Below are positions 20,119-29,238 of a stretch of 64,000 nt of DNA, in pieces. Each line of letters starts with the position of its first letter. Position 1 is the stretch's first letter. Made by a program: the position numbers and the translations under genes. The notes below the pieces were generated by a model. That model saw only the letters and a program-made list of their open reading frames with translations, did no database searches and was not told the origin of the DNA. Source of the stretch: Obrimoposthia wandeli (taxonomy: Eukaryota); assembly GCA_977020255.1 (NCBI GenBank), contig CDROCS010000253.1:1798001-1862000 (forward strand), given 5' to 3'.

Positions 20119-22485
20119 TTAACTACAGTAGCTTGCGGCCTTAGCTAAACTTTTTTCCATAATGGGATCGAGCTGTAAAAGTAGCTGTGCAACATGCTTA
20201 ATAGCACCCTTTTTGGCATTAAGCTCTAATTGACGTAAAAGTTGACTGGCTTGAGCAAAGCCCAGCATATCGCAGGCACCCGCCAGTTCATGCGCTTGGT
20301 GTTCTACTTCATAATGGTCGTCACTCGCTAGGCTTTGCTGCAATGCAGGCCAAAGTTGCTGCTGTATTTTACAAAAGCTTTGCATTAGTTTTGCTAATTT
20401 AGCAGCACCTAAAATTTGTAGATGCGTTTCGATCATTACAGGATCTAGTAATGGCGTATCACGGGTGGTATTTATTTTGGGAATAATTGACGATGGCTTG
20501 GCTTGTTGTGGGTCTAATGCTCGCTCTATAGCCTCTAATAATAGTTGCTGCCTCACGGGTTTAGCCACAACATCTTGTAGTCCTGCATTGAAGTAATCTT
20601 GAATATCGTCGGGACGAACGCTCGCAGTCAAGGCTATTATTGGGGTTTTGTAGTTGCAATATTCAGGTTTTTTTCGGATCTGCTCACTAATCTCTAGGCC
20701 ACTTATACCCGGTAAATGCATGTCCATTAGAATAATATCGAAGCTCTCACGACTGGCAATATCGATAGCACTATGACCATTATCAGCTAATTTAACTTGG
20801 TGTTGTTCCAACAAACCTAGCACCACTTGCTGGTTAATCTCGACATCTTCAACCAGTAATATTTTCAGTATTGGTAGTATTGGTAGTATTGATTTGGCTT
20901 TATATTCACTCGCGTCAGCTACTTTTAGCTTCACTTCAACCCAAAAAGTACTGCCCTCACCAAGCGTACTCTCAACGCCAATTTGCCCTCCCATCTCCTG
21001 ACTCAGTTGACGACAGATAGAGAGTCCTAGCCCAGTTCCTCCAAAGCGACGGGTGATTGATTCATCTGCCTGAGCAAAACGTTCAAATATATGTTCTTGT
21101 AGTGCCGGTTTAATGCCAATTCCGCTATCTCGAATTGAAAAGCGTAGCCGATGTTGTTTGTCAATCGGGTCAAGTTGAATGACACGGAGCAATACTTCAC
21201 CATGATCGGTAAATTTAATTGCATTAGCCAACAAGTTGGTTAGGATCTGGCGTAAGCTACCTACAGCGTCGTGATATAAATCGCCAACAATGGAAACGTC
21301 TAACTTTAGTTGTAAATTTTTTTCATCCGCTTTAGGTTGCATCAAACTGATAAGACTTTGTAGTAACTCATCGAGAGAGAAAAAGGACTCGGAGCAAACG
21401 TAACCCCCTTCTTCTAGTTGAGCGTATTGCAGCACATGGTCAAAGGTTTCAAGCAATGCTTCTGTTGAATCGTGTAATATTTTCACTCGATGGCATTGTG
21501 ACTCGATTAATTCATTGTTTTGTAATAGTTGAATCATTCCTAGCATGCCATTCATTGGTGTACGAATTTCATGGCTCATGGTTGCTAAGAATTGTGATTT
21601 TGCTTTGTTTGCTTCTTCTGCGACTTCCTTCGCTTTCTGTAAACTCATGGTTCTGCGTTTAACCATCTGTTGGAGTTGATCGCGATTATAGCGCAGTGCC
21701 TGCTTCTCTTGTTCGCGCCGGTTTATATCATGACGAATTGCCATACGCATTTCATTTAGTGCATTGACTAATTGGTTTAGTTCGTCGGAAGTGCGAGGTT
21801 GGCGACGTCTTAATGTCAGTGGTGCTTCAAGTTCACCGTCACCTATTGCTTTACTGTAACTCGCCATACTTTCGAGATGTCGAGTAATTAGCCGTTGTAA
21901 AATGAACATAATTACTAGCATGATGAGCACTACTAGTAATGTCTGGTTTAATAAAATACTAAAACCAGTTGCCCATAACCTAGCATTTATAGCGGCCAGA
22001 TCAGTAGCGATAATAAGTGTTCCAAGTTGACGTTTATTGATTTGTTTGACGTTACTTTCAATGTTGCCATTACCATTACCTTTGTCAGGAATACTGAGTG
22101 AAAAACTCGTTTTCATTACGCTTTTGTTGCTATCAAAAACTTGGTCTGGCAAACGGATAAAAGTATTATGGGTATGATCTTTAAGTTCAAGGGTCGCTAT
22201 GTCTGGCAGCGCTTTGATACCTTTAAGTTGCAGTTCAAGCTGTGTCTGATCAAAATCCCACAGGCTACGGGCTAAGCTTGCTGTATAACTAGTACGGATT
22301 AACTGGATCCGCTGATCAATATTACGCATCTCTCGCTGATAATCTAAGGTGATTTGTAGCAAAGTTGACAGCATAATGAATACAAAACTGCATAGAGTGA
22401 TATAAACTATCATGCGATAACTTAATGGATGGTCTTTAGGGTAACGGATCAGACGACGCCAGCCAGCTATGTTAGGGAATTTCAA
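20119..22485 (-). CDS. Hybrid sensor histidine kinase (TM-periplasmic-TM-HAMP-HisKA-HATPase-REC-Hpt)
   Basis: [50 protein letters not shown]. Confidence 0.93.
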   Translation of the reverse strand: MKFPNIAGWRRLIRYPKDHPLSYRMIVYITLCSFVFIMLSTLLQITLDYQREMRNIDQRIQLIRTSYTASLARSLWDFDQTQLELQLKGIKALPDIATLELKDHTHNTFIRLPDQVFDSNKSVMKTSFSLSIPDKGNGNGNIESNVKQINKRQLGTLIIATDLAAINARLWATGFSILLNQTLLVVLIMLVIMFILQRLITRHLESMASYSKAIGDGELEAPLTLRRRQPRTSDELNQLVNALNEMRMAIRHDINRREQEKQALRYNRDQLQQMVKRRTMSLQKAKEVAEEANKAKSQFLATMSHEIRTPMNGMLGMIQLLQNNELIESQCHRVKILHDSTEALLETFDHVLQYAQLEEGGYVCSESFFSLDELLQSLISLMQPKADEKNLQLKLDVSIVGDLYHDAVGSLRQILTNLLANAIKFTDHGEVLLRVIQLDPIDKQHRLRFSIRDSGIGIKPALQEHIFERFAQADESITRRFGGTGLGLSICRQLSQEMGGQIGVESTLGEGSTFWVEVKLKVADASEYKAKSILPILPILKILLVEDVEINQQVVLGLLEQHQVKLADNGHSAIDIASRESFDIILMDMHLPGISGLEISEQIRKKPEYCNYKTPIIALTASVRPDDIQDYFNAGLQDVVAKPVRQQLLLEAIERALDPQQAKPSSIIPKINTTRDTPLLDPVMIETHLQILGAAKLAKLMQSFCKIQQQLWPALQQSLASDDHYEVEHQAHELAGACDMLGFAQASQLLRQLELNAKKGAIKHVAQLLLQLDPIMEKSLAKAASYCS

Positions 22486-23279
22486 TGAATATCAGTCTCG
22501 TTTGATGACTCAAGATAAATTTTACTGTACTTGGTTAGTAACTGTTGGATTTTGCCGTTTTCATGCAACTGCTTTAAACGTTGATTAATATAGGGCAGGT
22601 GCTGACTAATTTCACTATGGGGGCTTAGTGCTATATAATAATACTCGGTTTTTAACTTGAATGGTGCAACTATTATTTTTTTACTGTAGCCAAACTTTTG
22701 AGTTTGTAATTTACCACTAATAATACCTAAAGGCATGAAGTCAATTCTGCCAAGAGCCAGTTTTTCTAAGTTTTGTTTCCCCTCAGAAACATACTCTATT
22801 TGGTTATTTTTTCCGATAAACTTATCTAAACTATCACCAAAACTATCACCAAATAGCAAACCTACCGTTTTTCCTTTTAAATCACTAAGTGAATGATAGA
22901 TTTTACTATTATTCGGGTTAACATAAATACCAATGGGATCGTCAACAATATGTTGTTGACTAAAGTCGAAATCAGATTCGCGACTGGCTATTCGGTAGGC
23001 AGCTACCACGATATCAGCATGTCCTGTTTTTACTTCCCACAAACAGCGTTTCCAATTACCGACTGTATCAAGCCTAACTTGGTAGCCTAGTTCGCCAAAT
23101 ATTAGTTTAACTACAGCCGGTGCAACACCGATTACTTGCTGATGCTGGACCCAAGAAACGGGGGGATAATAGGGGTGTCCACATGCTATAAGCTCTCTTG
23201 CCTGACTTTTGGGTGATTGGAGTGTCACCATCAAGCAAAGTATTATAAAAAAATAATGCGCTAACAAGGATGGTTTCAT
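22482..23279 (-). CDS. Periplasmic solute-binding protein (SBP_bac_3-like)
   Basis: Signal peptide; HPYYPP, WKRCL...[19 protein letters not shown]; 4-bp overlaps with both neighbours. Confidence 0.82.
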   Translation of the reverse strand: MKPSLLAHYFFIILCLMVTLQSPKSQARELIACGHPYYPPVSWVQHQQVIGVAPAVVKLIFGELGYQVRLDTVGNWKRCLWEVKTGHADIVVAAYRIASRESDFDFSQQHIVDDPIGIYVNPNNSKIYHSLSDLKGKTVGLLFGDSFGDSLDKFIGKNNQIEYVSEGKQNLEKLALGRIDFMPLGIISGKLQTQKFGYSKKIIVAPFKLKTEYYYIALSPHSEISQHLPYINQRLKQLHENGKIQQLLTKYSKIYLESSNETDIH

Positions 23280-24019
23280 ACGACATCGACAAGTTTAGGC
23301 GTAAATAGATAACCGGCGCCATGTACGGTTAATATTAAACGTGGAGCTGAGGAATCATCACAAAGTTTGCGACGCAATCGACCAATTAATACATCAACGG
23401 TACGATCAGTGGGTACCCATTCACGATTACGGATTTGATCAAGGATCTGATCTCTGGTCATAATTTGTCCGACATGATCCATTAGACATTTTAGTAATTG
23501 AAATTCACCTTCTGTTAGTTGCACTGTTACTTGTTGTTCATCAATCAGTTGACGTCTAATAGGGTTTAATTTCCAGCGATCAAATGCCTTTAGAGTATAG
23601 TCGCCATTATCTGCTAATTTTACCTGTTGGCAAAGTTTGACACGGCGGATTAGATTCTTAGCCCGAGCAAGAATTTCACGAGGATTAAAAGGCTTGGTCA
23701 CGTATTCATCAGCACCGCATTCAAGTCCGATAAGACGGTCAACTTCGTCCTGACTGCCGGTAACTAATATAATGCCAATTTCGTTGTTAATACGTAATTC
23801 TCTCGTTAAGGTCAGACCATCTTTACCTGGCATTCTAATATCAAGTAAAATAAGATCTACTGTGCCAAGAGCTAATAGCTCTTCAGCCGCTTCAGCGGTC
23901 GCTGCACATAACACTTCGTAGCCTTCGTTTTCAAAATAACTGCTTAATACCTGACGAGTCATCTCGTCATCATCAACAATTAAAATCTTTGATTCAGTTA
24001 ACATTATTATTTGATCCAT
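23276..24019 (-). CDS. OmpR-family response regulator (TorR/ArcA-like)
   Basis: ILIVDDD, LILLDIRMPG, GADEYVTKPF, RTVDVLIGRLRRKL, TVHGAGY. Confidence 0.93.
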   Translation of the reverse strand: MDQIIMLTESKILIVDDDEMTRQVLSSYFENEGYEVLCAATAEAAEELLALGTVDLILLDIRMPGKDGLTLTRELRINNEIGIILVTGSQDEVDRLIGLECGADEYVTKPFNPREILARAKNLIRRVKLCQQVKLADNGDYTLKAFDRWKLNPIRRQLIDEQQVTVQLTEGEFQLLKCLMDHVGQIMTRDQILDQIRNREWVPTDRTVDVLIGRLRRKLCDDSSAPRLILTVHGAGYLFTPKLVDVV

Positions 24020-24111
24020 TATTATTATTATTCTTATTCGGCTTAAGTTTATCGAAATATTTCACCCCGTCAAGTAACGCCAAAATGGCTTTAAAATTCA
24101 CAGTGATGGTT

Positions 24112-24153
24112 CGTTTACATCTTTTTACAAGTTATTTATCGTGGGTTTACATC
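24112..24153. promoter_or_regulatory. 42-bp direct-repeat box between the RR and porin genes
   Basis: CGTTTACATCTTTTTACAAGTTATTTATCGTGGGTTTACATC; TTTA(C/T) units at 24114, 24124, 24135, 24146. Confidence 0.75.
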
Positions 24154-24299
24154 AAAACGGTAGTGTTTTCCTGCGGGTGGATAAACCATCAAGCGTTGGC
24201 AGAACAATTTGACGGTCATTTACTCTTAATTACCGGCCTCGTTGCTTATAGCCTTCTCTAATAATTAAAATAACTTAACAATAAGTACAAGGAAATAGC

Positions 24300-25382
24300 A
24301 TGAAATATCCAAAATTAAAGTCGGTATTACTTCCTTTAGCCATAGCATTACCTGTTTTTGCCACTCAAGCGGCTGATGATTTAACTAAAGCTGAATTAGA
24401 AAGTCAGTTCAATGAAATTAAAATACGATTAGCGCAGTTGGAACAAAGCACAGTAACAACTGCACCACAAGAATCGAATACTGATATGAGCTTTTATGGC
24501 ACTTTACGACCTACTTTTGGTGTAACTAGCACTGATGATAGAGATGATTGGGATGTTGGTGATGCGCTTTCTCGTATCGGCTTTGCGGCGGAACATAAAT
24601 TAAGTAATGGCATGGTTGGCTTTGCTAAAGGTGAATTTAAAATCCAAATACAAGGCGATGCTCACTTTGGTGACGCCCGCAAAGCTTATGTCGGCATAAA
24701 AGGTGATTTTGGGCGAATAGCTATAGGTAAACAGGAAACAACTCAGTACGCGCTTGTCGGTACACCTGTTGATATCTTTAATCGAGGTGTTAACAGCCCT
24801 TTAGGTTATGATGATGTTAGTGTGTTCCGTCAGCAAGAGATGGTCTCGTATAGAAAGTCTTTTGGAAACTTTGAAATACGAGGTGAAGCTCAGTTTAAAG
24901 GTGAAGACAAAGTAAACGAAGGTAGTGATCTCGTCAATGCTGGTGTTAATTATATGGGCGATGACTATAGTGTAGCCGTAGCCTACTTGACTCGAAACTT
25001 TGCTGGTTCAGATCAAAATACCTTAGGTGTGTCGGCAAGTAAAAGCATTGGCGATTGGTATTTTGGCGCTGCTTATCTAGATATTGAACACGATGTTGTT
25101 GGTGGCGATATTACGACAATAGATGTCGTAGCGACCTATGCAATCAATAGCGAATATAAGCTATTGTTTGGTGTATCACAGCTTGATGATGAGCAAGCTG
25201 AAGTTAATTCAAAAGATGTTGCACGCTTTAATACCACACTTGAATGGCAAGGCAGCAAAGATTTCCGCTTATTTATTGAATATCAACATAACGAATTTGA
25301 CAATGATGACGTTAATTTAGCCGTTAACGATAGCGATCAATTAACAGTCGGTATGCGTTATAACTTTAATTATAACTTTTAA
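24300..25382 (+). CDS. Gram-negative porin with N-terminal coiled-coil extension
   Basis: Signal peptide; SFYGTLR, SRIGF, RKAYVGIKGDFGRIAIGKQ; ends VGMRYNFNYNF. Confidence 0.85.
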   Translation: MKYPKLKSVLLPLAIALPVFATQAADDLTKAELESQFNEIKIRLAQLEQSTVTTAPQESNTDMSFYGTLRPTFGVTSTDDRDDWDVGDALSRIGFAAEHKLSNGMVGFAKGEFKIQIQGDAHFGDARKAYVGIKGDFGRIAIGKQETTQYALVGTPVDIFNRGVNSPLGYDDVSVFRQQEMVSYRKSFGNFEIRGEAQFKGEDKVNEGSDLVNAGVNYMGDDYSVAVAYLTRNFAGSDQNTLGVSASKSIGDWYFGAAYLDIEHDVVGGDITTIDVVATYAINSEYKLLFGVSQLDDEQAEVNSKDVARFNTTLEWQGSKDFRLFIEYQHNEFDNDDVNLAVNDSDQLTVGMRYNFNYNF

Positions 25383-25460
25383 TCATTACTTTTAATAATG
25401 CGCATGATGGTGAAGCTATGAATAACCATTATTGTTCATAAACTTCATCATAATAGCAAT

Positions 25461-25497
25461 AGCGCGGCACTATTTTTAATGTTGTGTCGCGTTTTTT
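25461..25497 (+). terminator. Intrinsic terminator after the porin gene
   Basis: agcgcggcac...gtgtcgcg followed by a T-run. Confidence 0.55.
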
Positions 25498-25526
25498 AAT
25501 TTGAATTTACGGTCCTAGAGAAGTTT

Positions 25527-26308
25527 ATGATGAGTGCTTTTGACATGTTTAGTATAGGAATTGGGCCCTCTAGTTCACACACGGTAGGCCCAATGCGAGC
25601 TGCATTTCGTTTTAGCAAATTACTTGAGCACAAGAAACTTTTAGAACGTGTCAGTCATGTAAAAACTGAGTTTTTTGGCTCTCTTGGAGAAACTGGTATT
25701 TGTCATGGCAGTGGTAAAGCGGTCATTTTGGGATTGGCAGGTTTTGTACCTGAAACGATAGATCCTGAAATTATCGATGAATTTATTTTGCAGGTTGAAA
25801 CTACTCAGCGTTTATCATTACTCGGATTACATGACAGTAGCTTTCCAAACAAAAATGCCATCACTTTTCATTGTAATAAAAATCTGCCAGAGGATGCTAA
25901 TGCGATGGAGCTTAACGCCTATAGCGGAGATAAATTATTGCTAAGCAAAATATACTATTCGACCGGAGGTGGTTTTATTGTTGATAAAAGAGAAATGGAA
26001 TCATTAGACACGTATCAGAAAGATAGTGCCAAGTATTCATTTTCCAGCAGTACTGATTACATGAAATCATGTAAAGGAAATAGTTTGAGTATGCCTGCGC
26101 TGATGATGGAAAGTGAAAAACAACGCATTTCAGAACAACAAGTATGTAGTCAATAGGCAACAATCTAGCATGTGATGAAACACAATTGTCTGGAGGTTTA
26201 AAGTTATCTCTCAGAGGCGACTATTTGCTCAGATATTTTACAACTAATGAAAGCCATTGTGCAGATTCGTTAGCGGTAATACATTTTCAATTAATATCAT
26301 CAGTATGA
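25527..26308 (+). pseudogene. sdaA: Decayed L-serine dehydratase
   Basis: Starts MMSAFDMFSIGIGPSSSHTVGPM. Stop at 26154-26156, then ATI*HVMK in frame and LSGGLK...DSLAVI in the -1 frame. The C-terminal half with the Fe-S cysteines is absent. Confidence 0.85.
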
Positions 26309-26327
26309 TTCAAGGATAATAAATAAA

Positions 26328-26957
26328 ATGCGTGGAGAAAATAATATTGATATTTCCCCGTCAATGGTCGTGACAGATGATAAAGAAAATGCTCATATTG
26401 TAGAAAAAATCACTATTGGTGTACAGCTTAAAGCTATCCGAACAAGTAACAAGTTGACCCTTGAAGAAGCCAGTAAACTGACAGGATTAGCGCGTTCAAC
26501 TTTATCAAAAATAGAAAATAAGCAGATATCTCCAACCTTCACCGTTATGAAAAAACTGGCCTCAGGCCTTAATATTGAACTGCCACAATTGTTTACCAAA
26601 CCAAAGGTGCTACAGGCTACCGGGCGCCGTGATTTAACCTTGTGTGACACAGGGAAATCCCATGTAACTTCTACTTATGAGCATGAACTCTTAGCTACAC
26701 AGTTTAGCAACAAAAAAATGATACCGTATAAAAGTCGTGTTTACGCAAGATGTTTTGATGATTTTGGAGAGTGGATACGACACGAAGGTGAAGAATTCTT
26801 ATTGGTATTGGAAGGGGAGATTCAATTCCTTACCGAATTTTATGAAGCGACAACATTAACCAAAGGTGACAACGTATATTATGACGCAAGCATGGGACAT
26901 TTAGTCATTTCAGTCAGTGAAGAAGATGCCTTGGTCTTGTGGGTAAGTACAGAATAA
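26328..26957 (+). CDS. XRE-family HTH-cupin transcriptional regulator
   Basis: LTLEEASKLTGLARSTLSKIENKQISPT; RHEGEEFLLVLEG...SMGH cupin. Confidence 0.9.
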   Translation: MRGENNIDISPSMVVTDDKENAHIVEKITIGVQLKAIRTSNKLTLEEASKLTGLARSTLSKIENKQISPTFTVMKKLASGLNIELPQLFTKPKVLQATGRRDLTLCDTGKSHVTSTYEHELLATQFSNKKMIPYKSRVYARCFDDFGEWIRHEGEEFLLVLEGEIQFLTEFYEATTLTKGDNVYYDASMGHLVISVSEEDALVLWVSTE

Positions 26958-27390
26958 CGTCAAAGGTTTTCTGATTATCGCTTATCAATAACACAAAATA
27001 TGTACTTGGATCACCAGTAGATATAAATTTAGCTTTGTTATCACAACAATTACTTATCTAAAAAGCTCCATTTTATAATTAAATGATTTTATGAGATTTT
27101 TTTGGCAATATAATTCCGCTATCAAAGGAGATCTGCCACCAGCATTTTTACTCGTTTTTTGAGCAAACTTGAGCCTAGGAATTTATTATTGCTCTGTAAA
27201 CTTAATTGATAAGCTATTAGCTTTACTCCTCAGTTTATCTCGAATACCTCATCATTTGGTGCCGTCAGGAATGAAATAACCATTTTGAAATTTATTACCA
27301 TTTGTTTGGCATTATTCTAATTCTTAACAATAATATAGCTACTAATTTAAATTACTCAATTTATCAAATTTTACTATCCATTTTTGAAGT

Positions 27391-29103
27391 GTGATAAACG
27401 TAATTAGTCTACTACCACTCGATGTAGAATATATGTGCGATATAACGTTATCCGTTGCAAGTGAAGAGAATGATTTATTGATGACTGTCACTCCAATAGA
27501 AGGGCAGGCTAAAACTAACTTAAAAAAGATGCAAAAAGCGTTTACATCCTCTCAATATTCAACCTTTTTACTCATTGAAGGGGCGATAGAATTATTGTTA
27601 GAAGAACTAAGTAAAGCTGACGAAAGTGATGAGACAAAAGAGAGCCAGGGTTTTTCTACCATTATTGCAAATGCTGTTGATGCCACAGTAAAAGTTTCTT
27701 TAAGCCCTGATAACATGTCAGCCACGTTAGAAATTACAGCAGGTCATGGCGGTAAACAGCTGAATAACTCGGCTGTTGTTGAGGTATTAAAGGAAAACAA
27801 TGTAATCAAGGGAATCATCAAAGAGAACCTTGTTAATACTGTAACACAAGGTGTTTTACTTAAAGGGGGGGAAAGCATTGTTACTGAAATAGCCTCAGGA
27901 AAACAAAGTGTCAATGGTGACAATGGCTACATAAAATACTTAGTTGGTGATCCGGTTGACCGTATATTATGTCCTAAAAAGCTAGAAAACGGCAATGTAG
28001 ATATGCATGAATTAGGTGACTTGATTTACGTGAAAAAAGGCAGACCATTAGCGAAATTAATTCCGCCAACTGCTGGTGTTAAAGGTTTTAATGTTATCGG
28101 AGATAGTGTTGAAGCTACCCCAGGCGAAGCGTGTTCTTTAGAGGAAGCTGAAGGTTCTGCTTTTTTAGATGAAAAAAAGAATGTGATTATTTCTACTACT
28201 GACGGTATGCCGAAACACACGGATAATAGTGTTGAGATACATAAGGTATTAGAAATTGAAAATATTGATGTGGGTACCGGAAATATACGTTTTGATGGCT
28301 CTATTTATGTTAAAGGTAATGTATGTGAGGGGATGGAACTATCTGCGAGTGAAGATATAATCATAGGTGGAGTTGTTGAATCTGCGATGATTACCTCTGG
28401 TGGTAATATATCTATTGCACAGGGTGTTATCGGCAAAAAAGTATCAGAAAACGATGAGTCTGAAAACAGTACCATACTGCAAGCAGGTGGCGATATTAAT
28501 GCTCAGTTTGTTCAATATAGCGATGTTGTTGCTAAAAAGAACATTACGATTACCCAATATATTTCTCATAGCCAGATTATTGTTGAAGGTGATTTATGGG
28601 TGGGTAATATTGAAAAGGACAAAGCGGATGGTAAAATTTTTGGCTCATTTGTGCAATCGGGTGGTGCAATTCATGTGGGTACACTCGGTTCGACTAGTGG
28701 TGCTATGACTAACTTGAATTTTAATTATTGGTCTAATAGTGTTGAAGAGTTACGAGTTGCTGCAGATGAACAAACGACTAAAATAATCAGGCGATTACCT
28801 AGGATATATAAATTATTACAAAATGCGATTGCGCTAGATGATAAAGGGCCACAAATAGATCGTATTAAAAAGGCTTTACAACAACATTTAAGCTTACTCG
28901 GTAAGCTTAATCAAGAATGGCTAGAAAAAGAAGATAAGATAAACGAGCATTTAGAGATATTAGAACTCTCTGTATACCAATCAATACTGTCAGGTGTTGA
29001 TGTGACTATATCAAGTAAAACCTGTGCTTTTAAGCGTGATTACGAAGCAACTAAAGTACAGTGGCTTAATAATGACATTAGTGTCGATCCGATAGTTAGC
29101 TAG
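27391..29103 (+). CDS. DUF342/FapA-family protein
   Basis: VSLSPDNMSA, G.NVDMHELG, IDVGTGNIRFDGSIYVKGNV, beta-helix repeats; start may be ATG 27433. Confidence 0.85.
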   Translation: MINVISLLPLDVEYMCDITLSVASEENDLLMTVTPIEGQAKTNLKKMQKAFTSSQYSTFLLIEGAIELLLEELSKADESDETKESQGFSTIIANAVDATVKVSLSPDNMSATLEITAGHGGKQLNNSAVVEVLKENNVIKGIIKENLVNTVTQGVLLKGGESIVTEIASGKQSVNGDNGYIKYLVGDPVDRILCPKKLENGNVDMHELGDLIYVKKGRPLAKLIPPTAGVKGFNVIGDSVEATPGEACSLEEAEGSAFLDEKKNVIISTTDGMPKHTDNSVEIHKVLEIENIDVGTGNIRFDGSIYVKGNVCEGMELSASEDIIIGGVVESAMITSGGNISIAQGVIGKKVSENDESENSTILQAGGDINAQFVQYSDVVAKKNITITQYISHSQIIVEGDLWVGNIEKDKADGKIFGSFVQSGGAIHVGTLGSTSGAMTNLNFNYWSNSVEELRVAADEQTTKIIRRLPRIYKLLQNAIALDDKGPQIDRIKKALQQHLSLLGKLNQEWLEKEDKINEHLEILELSVYQSILSGVDVTISSKTCAFKRDYEATKVQWLNNDISVDPIVS

Positions 29104-29121
29104 CTTATTTTGACAAAATAG

Positions 29122-29144
29122 ATACCCGCTGCGAATCAAGATGC
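29122..29144. repeat. Solo degenerate MITE terminus
   Basis: ATACCCGCTGCGAATCAAGATGC resembles the ATACCCG(T/C)TCCACTTGAAGATGC termini of the 9891 element. Confidence 0.45.
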
Positions 29145-29238
29145 CTACTTTAACTAACTGACCATAATAACTATGACCAGCTAGCATCATTATAAACACG
29201 TTAACGAGGTTAGAACCTTCGAATAATAGGTCTGTTGT

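Noticed and set aside
27060-27310. Minus-strand frame with two double stops (YFIPDG...NAGGRSPLIAE) suggesting a gene remnant
   Set aside because: I could not assign it to any family; BLASTX is needed.
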